From Cyanophora paradoxa CCMP329 (taxonomy: Eukaryota > Plantae > Glaucophyta), in contig QPMI01000270.1 in NCBI GenBank assembly GCA_004431415.1, forward strand, positions 26,441-90,440: a stretch of DNA of 64,000 bases. The letters are read 5' to 3'. Position numbers and translations under genes: made by a program. Each line of letters begins with the position of its first letter. The first letter of the stretch is position 1. The notes under the pieces are model-generated. The model was not told the DNA's origin, ran no database searches, and saw only the letters and a program-made list of their open reading frames with translations. Below are positions 54,967-64,000 of the stretch, in pieces.

Positions 54967-56023
54967 TCACTTCTCCTTCTCCACAGTGCAGACGCGCCAC
55001 CTAGCATCGAGTGCGAAGTTCGACTTTTCGAAGACGACTTTGTCAGTGACGGTCTCTGTGTCACTGCTGATAAGCTTCTCCCCCTGATACACATCCAGCT
55101 TCTGCTTGGATGTGATCATCGCTGTCACCTAAGCCAGCCCAGGGCCCGGGACCACGGTTATTCGGCGATATCAGGCAAAGGAAACAAGGTGCACCTGGAA
55201 GTACATCTTCGATGGCTCCACAGGATTAATGCTGGTGTACCGCATCTGTGCTCACATGTAAGAACACCTTCACGAGGCCACCGTGAGTAACGGATCTGAC
55301 CTTCTTAAGCTTGAAAGACTCCACTGTGCACGAGAATGCGGTCCGGATATTGTTGCCCTTGTGCCTCAATTTCGACAGAAGCCCCTGAGCTTGATGCATG
55401 AGCCACGCCCGGCCACGAAAAAGGTCGTAGTGGCCGGAGGATCACGCACGGATGCGAAAGTCGGGGTGGCGTATTGATGCATCTCATCGAGGTCGAACCT
55501 GCCCTTGGCAAACAGTTCGTTCATCTTGGCGAAGGCGGCGGAGCATTCAGTTTTCACAGCGGCGGCAGAGTATTGCGGTAACATGGTGTACATTGCGTAG
55601 CTGTGCGAAAGAGTGAGCGTCACGGGTGTATAGCTAGCGCGTGCGTACCGCCCGCGCAGGTTGTTGAAGACGGCCTTGGCTTGCCGCTTCACTGTGTCAG
55701 CGAGGGGCTCGCCGGGGGCCGGTGTGACGTCCGGATCGAGCACTAGACCCAAATCCTTCGCGCTCAAGAAGTAAAAAGCGAGCGCTCGCACGCGCGGGCG
55801 GCGAAGCGGGGCGCACCGAAAGCGCGACGACTTTCCGTGATTTCGAAGCCTGCTGTTGCTGCTGTATCATGCTCTGAACCCGCGCGTACTTCGATCCGCC
55901 GGCGCTCAGCGAGCGGCTCAGCGGCGTGCTCCATCCGGCCGGGATCGCCAGCGACGGCCGTACGCATAGCGCGCCTCCCGCATGGCACGCTCGGGCGCTC
56001 CGCAGCGCTAGCGACGTCGCCAT
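54967..56023 (-). CDS. Mitochondrial Tim44-like domain protein (MRPL45/Mba1-like)
   Basis: Arg/Ser/Leu-rich presequence MATSLALRSARACH.... Spliced C-terminus YFQ|VTAMITSKQKLDVYQGEKLISSDTETVTDKVVFEKSNFALDARWRVC matches the Tim44/MRPL45 pattern. Confidence 0.65.
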
Positions 56024-56186
56024 AGAAGACCGCAGCGATTGGCGTACCCGTTTTCGGGCGGTTTAAGAGCGGGTCTGAGCGGCTCACGCCTACTGCGGCT
56101 CTCCAGCACCAGCGCAGGCGATTGATACCACTGACGGGCCACGTTTCGACCGTCGGCTAAGTCCCAGAAGCTATTTCCCCAGCAGC

Positions 56187-57067
56187 ATGTTCGAGGAGGG
56201 AGGCAGCGAGTTTGACGGCGCGTTTGCGAAGAAAGACGCTCCGCGCGCCGGGCGCAGGCGGCGACCGGCTGCGGATGAGCCGCCTGCTGAGGAGACCTCT
56301 GCCGCTGGAACAGGAGCTGGGACTGCTGATGCGCCGGCGCCATCCCCAGCGGCCGGCCCTCCCAAGAAATCCGGCTGGGGCGATGACATCGGTGGAGCGG
56401 AGGGTGGCGCACCAGCCGATGGCCCGACCCCTTCCGTGGCAGCAAAGCCTGGTCGCAGGCGTGCGGGAGCTACCGAAAGCGTCTTGGCCTCAGCGTCTGA
56501 GTTCGCTGCCCAGGCCGATGAGAAGTCCGCGCCCTTCCCTTGTTTCACACTGCCTGCACTCAATACTTCCTGCAGGCCAGCCCCTTCGCGCAACCGTCAC
56601 AACATTGACGACGATGGCGCGCTCTTTACATGCGATTTGTGCGGGCAGCGCGCCGGCTGTCTGCTCACAAAGCGGCGCAGGTGGAGACATCCCTGTAATT
56701 CCGGACCTCGAGGAGGAGGTCGAGGAGGATATCACGCGCCAGGTGGCGGCGGCGCCTCGTGTACGAAACAACCGTGTTCAGGCTCTCAAGGAGCTCGATA
56801 GCGAGATCAAATTCTCGCTCCCAACGACGGGGGTTCGCCGCGGGCCCATCCTCACACTGACAGCTTGCTCACGTGCATGCGCAGGACGCGAACATCGACC
56901 TCAGCATCCTAACTTCGACTCTGTCGCCCCAGGACCAAGTCGTTGAGGACGAGGGCCCGTGGGAGTTCGACCTGCTGCTCTCCGAGGTCGCCCAGGAGCT
57001 CCAGGCAGAAGAGGACAAGAAGGAGGAGGGGTTGCAACCCGAGGAGGATAAGAGGAAGGAACCTTAG
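56187..57067 (+). CDS. IFT43: Intraflagellar transport protein 43
   Basis: KKSGWGDD, DIPVIPDLEEEVEEDITRQVAAAP..RVQALKELD, IDLSILTSTLSPQDQVVEDEGPWEFDLLLSEV. Confidence 0.92.
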
Positions 57068-57702
57068 GCCCGATTTCACGCATTTTACACGGCATGAGTG
57101 TCGCGAATTCAGCGATTTCGCCGAAGTATCCATGGTAGAGTATCCACCCAATTGAAAGCAGCTGCCTCCGGGGGCCCCTGAGCCCACACGGCACCTAGAC
57201 ATTCACGAAATTCAGGCCCTCTGCTTTGATCATCATCTTGGCATGGCTTGACTAAGTTACTCACTGCTAGCTTTCATGATCACGTGCCGCATCGCGCATT
57301 CGCATAGTGCCAGGGGGGGGGTGTGCATGTAGGTACGGCGCATCTAATCATTGAGTCATGAAGCGCTCTGCCAGGCTGGATTACGTAGTGTTGTCACAGT
57401 GGCGACTCGGCGAACGTGCGCATATCGTAGTACGCGCACGTGCATAACTTACTATCGCCGTGACGCGTGCAAGTACAAGTCGCCTGAATTCCGCTATGCA
57501 ATTGAAACTTCATACAGAGTATCTGGTTCGTTCGAGCTCTACCATAATCTCACGTTCGATGCTGTCCGACAGAAGCAGGGTCGAAGACAGCAGGCAAAAA
57601 TACAGGAGGGAAAAGAGGGTAGGAGAAGCAGGAAGGGGTGGAGGGCTTTACACGTTTACACGGCGAAGGGGAGTGCGGGAGGAAGGTGAAAAGGGGACGG
57701 GC

Positions 57703-59895
57703 TTAATCGCGGTACTGCGGGCGCCGCGTCAGGGGAGACACGGTGGGCGGGGCATGCGGGCGGGGGCACCTTCATGGAGGAGACGTCGAACCCGGGCATG
57801 TCGAAGGACTTGGCGAAGGCCTCGACCTCGGAGCGGAGCGCGGCGACGTCCGCGTCGGTCTTGAGCGCGTCGACGAAGTCCTTGAGGGGCTTGCCCGTGC
57901 GCTCCTGGATCTTGACGGCGATCTTCAGGCCGCGGTCAAGGAACTCGGCCACCTTCTGGAAGTCCGCCTCCTTCAGGCCGCGCGTCGTCAGCGCCGGGGT
58001 GCCCAGCCGCACGCCGCCCTGCGCCGTCGTCAGCGCCGCGCCTCGGTGAGACGGGGGCGGCGGGCGCACGGGAGCGATGGCGTTGGTGTCGCCGTAGACA
58101 GAGTTCTTGTTGGCGGTGATCGAGACGGCGTCGCACAGCTTCTCGTACTTGGAGCCGGTGATGCCCTGCGCCGCCTGCTCAGGCAGCCGCCGGGAGCGGG
58201 GCTCAGGGGGAGGCCGCACGTGGGGGCGCAGGTCCCAGAGGATGAGGTGGTTGTCAGTGCCGCCGGTCACGAGGCTGTGGCCCTTGGAGACGAGGGCGTT
58301 GGCGAGCGCCGATGCGTTCTTCTTGACTTGCTGGATGTAGGTCTTGAACTCGGCGGTGTCGACCTCCTTCAACTGCACAGCGAGCGCTGCGATGGCGTTG
58401 TTGTGCGGGCCGCCCTGAAGCGACGGGAAGACGGCGAAGTTGACCTGGCAGGGTGCGTTAGCTGCAGACGCAGCGCTGCGCGTGCGAGGAGGCCGGCGGA
58501 CCTGCTCCTCGTACTGCTTGCGGAAGAAGATCATGCCGGCGCGGGGGCCGCGGAGAGACTTGTGAGTGGTGGTGGTGACGAGGTCGCAGTACTCGAACGG
58601 GTTGTTGTGCTCCTTAGTGGCGACAAGACCGGAGATGTGGGCCATATCCATCAGAAGGTACGCGCCAGTCTTGTCCGCGATCTCACGCAGGCGCTTGTAG
58701 TCCCAGTCGCGAGGATAGGCAGAGCCACCCGCGATGATGAGCTTGGGCCGGAAGAGCATCGCCTGCTGCTCGAGCTTGTCATAGTCAAGGTAGCCAGTGT
58801 CCTGTGCGAGAAAAATCAGGGACGGGTGCAAGCGACGCGAAGGAACAAGCAAACCACGCACGAAGTTCACTTGGTAGGGCAGGGACTCGAAGTAAACGGA
58901 GGTGGCCGAGATCTTCTTCTTGGCGGTGTAGAAGCCATGAGTAAGGCTGAAGTTGCGGGGTCAGGACCGCCGCGCCACGCCCGGGAAAATGGCAAAAGAG
59001 GAGACGCACTGGCCACCCGAGGGCAGGTCCAGACCCATGATGCGGTCATGGGGGTTAAGAAGGGCAGTGTAGGCAGCGAAGTTGGCGGGGGAGCCTGCGG
59101 CGACGGTCGGACACAGCTGGCGATGGGGACGAGCGGGAACCCGAACCGGAGTACGGCTGAACGTTCACGCCCCACTCCTTCGGGTCGAGACCGTACGCCT
59201 TGAGGGCGCGGTCGCGGCAGAGGTTCTCGATCTCATCGACGTACTCAGTGCCACCGTAGTAGCTGGGAGCGCGCCAGCGGGGTCGGCGGCGCATCGTGGA
59301 CGGAGCGCTAACGGCAGGCGTACCGGGAGCCAGGAAGACCCTCAGAGTACTTGTTCGTGAGAACAGAGCCAAGGGCCTCGATGACGGCACGGGAGGTGAA
59401 GTTCTGCGCGCGCCAAACGAATCATTAGCACGCGTACGTGCCGATTCGGGGAAGGCGGAAGCTAGGCTCAGGCAAAAGCAAAGCGAAAAGTCCTACAAAC
59501 CTCGGAGGCAATCATCTCCAGGCCGCGCCACTGGCGGTTCTTCTCGCGCTCGATGAGGTCGAACACCTCGGGGTCGGCATCAGAGAGGGGCGCGTTGCCC
59601 TTCTGCTCGAAGAATGTAAGAACGCGATACAAATGCAGGGCGGTGGTAGGTGACAGGCGGCGCGTGCGCGTACCATCGGGAGCGGGGTGATCTTGTCCGT
59701 CGCGACTGCCGAAACGGAGAACTGGGTGGCCGGGGCGGCCGCCTTCACCACCGACTTCACCGATCCGCCGAGGAAGGTCGCCCGGAGCGCCTTCTTGCCA
59801 TTGAACGAGCTCGCGGTGTGCGAGCACACGGCAGACGACGTTGAAGCGACGTTGCTCGAGGGGAGCGCGACGATGCTCGAGGCGAAAGCCGCCAT
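57703..59895 (-). CDS. SHMT: Serine hydroxymethyltransferase with plastid transit peptide
   Basis: LEMIASE|[35 protein letters not shown] (PLP lysine), [24 protein letters not shown]-terminus [14 protein letters not shown].... Confidence 0.97.
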
Positions 59896-60150
59896 TTCTA
59901 CACTTTAGCCTACGTTGAACTGAAGTGGCTTCGGCGTTCGGCGCTCGACTTGACCCGCCTATATAATGAGGGGGGGTAGGCGGTTCGAGACTTCATTCGC
60001 CCCTCATCGGTTCATCATCATGGCATCAGTAAGCGCGCCACCGGTACGCGCGCAAACATTCTTGTCCAATTGTCGAAGTACACCAGTACGTATACCAGTA
60101 CTGTACACATCGGCGGGACCGCGCGAGCGGGCGCCCATCTAGATGTGTGG

Positions 60151-63100
60151 CTACAGGGCCGAGGTCTGCCGGCTGCCGCTGGGCCCGGGGCCGCCCACCC
60201 CCTGCGGGCCGGGCGGCTGCCCGTGCCCCTGCCCATGCGCGTGCTGGTAGTGGAAGGAGGAGGAGCGGGAGCGGTAGGCGGGGGTCGACGGCGCGGGCCG
60301 CAGGAGGCGGAGGGATCCGGAGGCAGTGCCGCCCTCGGCGGCGTGCTCGTCAGAAGCCCCCTCGCCGTTGCCCTCGCCCTCGGCGCGCTGGCGGGGCCGG
60401 GAGCGGGAGCGGGAGCGGGGGCGGGGCCGGGGTGCGGGGGCCGAGGGGTCGGGGCGGGCGGGGGCCTCGGGGTCGTCGTCGAGGAGGCCCTCGACGTGGC
60501 GGCGCCAGGTGAGCGAGTGCGGCAGCCGGGCCGTCCCCGCCGCCCCGCTCCCCCGGTGCGCCGCGAGGAGCTCCCGCAGCGGCTCCAGCGGCCCCGCGTA
60601 GATGCGCGTCACCTGCTCCGCCACCAGCGTCTGCGCGTACGTCGCCGCCTCCTGCGCCGCCCCCCCCGCCGCTCGGGCGCGGCGCGGCAGGGCGGGCGGG
60701 GGCGGCGGGACGGGCAGGGCGGACGGCGGGGAGGAGCGGCCGGGTGCGGGGCGAGGGCGTCCTCCCAGTACGAGTCGCCGGGCGCAGGAGCTCTGCGGCG
60801 ATGCGGGGCAGGCGCGCCCCGGGGAGCGCCTCCTGCTGCCGCACGGCCCCCTCCGCCACGATCAGCACCTCCGCGCACTCGTGGCACTGCGAGCGGATCT
60901 CCAGCCCCGCCTCGAAGCGCTGCGCGGCGAGAGGGTGAGCGGGGCGGCGGCCGGGGCCGGAGGCCGGGGCGAGGGCCGAGGCGGGCGGGCCTCCTCGCGG
61001 AAGAGCTGGGCGGCGCGGGCGACGGCGGCCGGCGGGAGGCGCGGAAGGCCGCCACGCCCCGCAGCAGGCCCGCCACCTCCCCCGCCCCGCGCTCCGCGCG
61101 CCCCGCCCCCCGGCCCCGCGGGCTGTGCGACCGGCTCCTCGTCGATGCGGCCCCCGGGGGCGGTCGGCGCGGAAGGGGCCCGGGCGGCGCGCGGGAGCGA
61201 ACGGCGGGGAGGGGGGCGGGAGGCGAGGGCGGGCGGCGCGGGGCGGCCCTCCTCGACGTCGGCGAAGGTGACGGAAAGGGAGGGGAGCAGCCGCGGCGAC
61301 GTCTCCGCGGGCCCTGCGGCGGGCTCCCCCGCCCGCCCGCTGCCCCGCGTGAAGGTCCGCCGCAGCCGCTGCTCCGCGGCGGGGCTGGGCCGCTGCGGGC
61401 CACCAGGGTGGCCCTCCGAGGCCGCGCCGGCCTCGCCATCCTCCCCCTCGGGCTTGGCCGCCTCCGCCTCCTCGGCGAGCGGGTGCGGGAGACTCGCCGG
61501 AGCAGCCGCGGGGGCCGCCGGGCTCGCCGGGACTCCTGGGGCGCCGGGGGCGAGGGAGCCGGAGCGGATGAGGGGGTGCGCCACGCGCAGGATGGTGCTC
61601 GAGATGCGGCCCCCGATGCCCGACCCCGGCTCGAGCTCGAGGGGTGAGGAGCCCTGCGCGGCGTCGCCGGCGGCGGCGGCGGCGGGGGGGGCGGGCGGGA
61701 CGCACGGCCGAGTCCTCGTTGGGGGAATCTTCGCGGTCGCTCTCCGCCCCGCTCCCCTCGCTTCCGCTCCCGCCCTCCGCCTCCTCCCCGCCGTTCTCCA
61801 CCGAGGCCGCCGAGGAGGAGATCGGCGTGCTCCCGGGCTCGCTCGATGCCGTCCGGCTGCTCCCCGCCACCGCCTCCACGCTCCGGCCCCGCCGCGCCCG
61901 GCCCCGCCGCGCCCGGCCCCGCCGCGACTGCAGCACCTCCAGGCCCCGCCGCCGCGCCTCCTGCGCCGCCGACGCCTCTCGCAGCTTCTCCCGCACCCGT
62001 GACGGCGTGTCTGCCGCCGGCCGCCTCAGCAGTGGCGGGGCGTGGCGGGGCGGGGCGTTGCTGCACCGGCGACGACGACGCGGCCGGCGTCGAGGACGAC
62101 GATCTGGTCGGCCCCGCGCATGTACGCCTCGCAGCGGTGCCCGACCTGCGGGGCAGCTTGGGCGGGGCGGCTCGGGCGGGGCGGGGCGGGCGGCGGGGCG
62201 GACCTGGAGGACGGTGATGCCGCGGGCGGTGAGGGCCGGCATGAGGGCGGCGCCGGCCTCCCCCGAGAGCTCCACGTCCTCGAAGACCAGCACCCGCGCC
62301 TTCCGCACCAGCGCCCGCGCTGCCCCGCCCCGTCGGCCCCCGCGAGCCCGGCCGCGCGCGGGCGGCGGCACCAAGGGCGATGGTGAGGCGGGTCGGCGCG
62401 TTGGCGTGCTTGCGCTCCAGCACGTCCCGCACGTCCAGGTCCGCCCGCTTGCCCCGCGCCCTGCCCCAGCATCAGCCCCGCACGCGGCGCCGCGCCGCGC
62501 TGCAGCGGGGCCGGCACCCCGAGGCCGGCTCGCCGACGCCGGCGGCGGCGCCGAGGAGCTCCGTGGCCTCCCGCAGCGCCTCCGCCGTCTGCGGCCCGTC
62601 GGCGGGGCCGGCTGCAGGGGGCGGCGGGTGGGGCGCGCCTGCTGCAGGGAGAAGGGCTCGAAGAGGGCGATGTTGTCCGCGACCGTCGCCCGGAAGATGT
62701 GCGCCTCCTGCCGTCCAGGCCTCGGCGCCGGCCCCGCGGGGCACGCGCACGGCGGGCGGCACCTGGGAGACGACGCAGACGTGCCGCTTCCACGCCTCCC
62801 GCGTGTACGACGAGACCGGCGCCAGCTGCCCTCCGGCCGCCTCCGGCAGCCGCCCGCGGCCGCCGCCGGGGGCCGGCAGGACGGCGGCGGGGAGCGGGAG
62901 GCTCTTGCCGGGGAGGAGCGGGGCGCTCCCGTAGAGGAAGAGGGAGTGTGCGGGGAGGGGCCAGGGGATAGCGGGGTCGGCGGTGAGGAGCGCGGCGAGC
63001 GTGCGCTTGCCGTTCTCGGGGGGCCCCACGAGGCACGTCCAGGAGCGGGCGGCAATGCGGAGGGAGACGTCGCGCAGGCCCGCCTCCCCGGCCGTGCGCT

Positions 63101-64000
63101 GCGCCAGCACCAGCGAGGCCCCGCCCGCCCCGGCCCCCGCCACCGTCACCCCGCTCAGCACGATGTCCTGCGCCACCGCCGGCGCCGCCCCCCGCGCCCC
63201 CGCCACCACCGCATCGACCGGCTTGAGCGCTGCGCGGGGGCTGGCGGGGGCGGGCGGGGCGGGGCGGGGGCGGGGGCGGGTGCGGACGGGTCTCGCCGAG
63301 GAGGCGGTCGATGCGGTCCATGCCGCCGAGGCCCTGGACGAGGTCGGGGACGACGCGGATGGTGTCCTTGAGGGCGGCCCCCAGGGAGATGGCGCAGGAG
63401 ACGAGCCCGATGAGGTCCGCCAGCAGCACGCGCCCGTGCAGCACCAGCACCCCGCCCCCGATCAGCACCGCGAACTGCGCCCCGCTCGTCCCCGCCGCCA
63501 GCGCGCGGGCGCGGGGCAGGGCGGGGCGGGGCGGGGCGGGGCGGACGGAGACGGTCTGGTTGAGGATGCCGAAGGCCTCGAGGTACATCCCCGCGTTGAA
63601 GTTCTGCTCCTCCACCTCGTTCCCCACCTCGACCGCCGCCACCCGGAACTGCGCGCCCGTTGCAGCGCCCCCCGGGGCGGCGGACGCGGGGCGGGCGGGG
63701 CGGGCCTTGTTGGCGCAGGTGCGCTCGACGCCGAAGTCGCGGACGACGCGGAAGCCCTCGAAGCTCTCCTGCGCCGGTCTCGGGGCCCGGCGGGCGGCCC
63801 GCGCGGCGCGGCGCACGCGGGCGAAGGCGGCGGCGTCGACGGCCGCTGTCAGGCGGCGCGAGTTCGCCTCGAGGGCCTTGGACTTGAAGGCCAGCGGCGC
63901 GTTCACGTTCACGAGCTGCAGCAGGCAGACGACGAGGGCGACTCTGCGGGGCGGCGAGGTGCGGCAGGTCGGGCGGAGGGGGGGGGGGGGGGGGGGGGGG
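60151..64000 (-). CDS. ABCB-like transporter (TMD-NBD, degenerate ATPase motifs) with C-terminal cyclic-nucleotide-binding domain; 5' part beyond window; apparent 1-nt frameshift near 61039
   Basis: TMD motifs ESFEGFRVVRDFGVE and VLIGGGVLVLHGRVLLADLIG. NBD: LRDVSLRI...LVGPPENGKRTL, VVSQ|EAHIFRATVADNIAL, ARALVRKARVLVFED, VGHR...ADQIVVLDAGRVV. CNBD-like: LLRGVAAF..LPPAAVARAAQLFREE|RFEAGLEIRSQ...LIVAEGAV...LRPGDSYWEDAL. Confidence 0.7.

Noticed and set aside
1-64000. tRNA, rRNA or other structured RNA genes
   Set aside because: None recognisable by eye. A tRNAscan-SE/Infernal search would be needed to exclude small ncRNAs.

Overview
Very GC-rich, gene-dense eukaryotic nuclear DNA. Genes are split by many short introns (~50-70 nt), including frequent GC-AG ones, so the long Pro/Arg/Gly-rich ORFs in the supplied track are mostly artefacts; I rebuilt genes by splicing by eye. 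An 'MAAF-' plastid transit peptide on SHMT plus flagellar genes (IFT43, a TTLL) suggest a flagellated glaucophyte such as Cyanophora (inference). There are about 21 host genes: EF-hand protein, LOG, small ER membrane protein, repeat-containing membrane protein, TAF1C-like, mitochondrial carrier, F-box/LRR, TRM7, B12D/NDUFA4-like, LOV-ABCG, EXO84, importin-beta-like, a hypothetical membrane protein, ELMOD, a 2xRRM protein, SSB, TTLL, MRPL45/Tim44-like, IFT43, SHMT and an ABC-cNMP-binding fusion. There is also an internally deleted DIRS-type tyrosine-recombinase retroelement. Top candidates for novelty: (1) a complete LOV blue-light sensor spliced in frame to a complete ABCG half-transporter (26534-30659), a putative light-regulated ABC transporter; (2) a probably plastid-targeted bacterial-type SSB with four tandem OB folds and a single acidic '-PF' tail (48320-50350), with an intron at the same position in all four repeats; (3) an ABCB-like transporter with a degenerate ATPase and a C-terminal cyclic-nucleotide-binding domain. 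Gene ends flagged approximate are uncertain.
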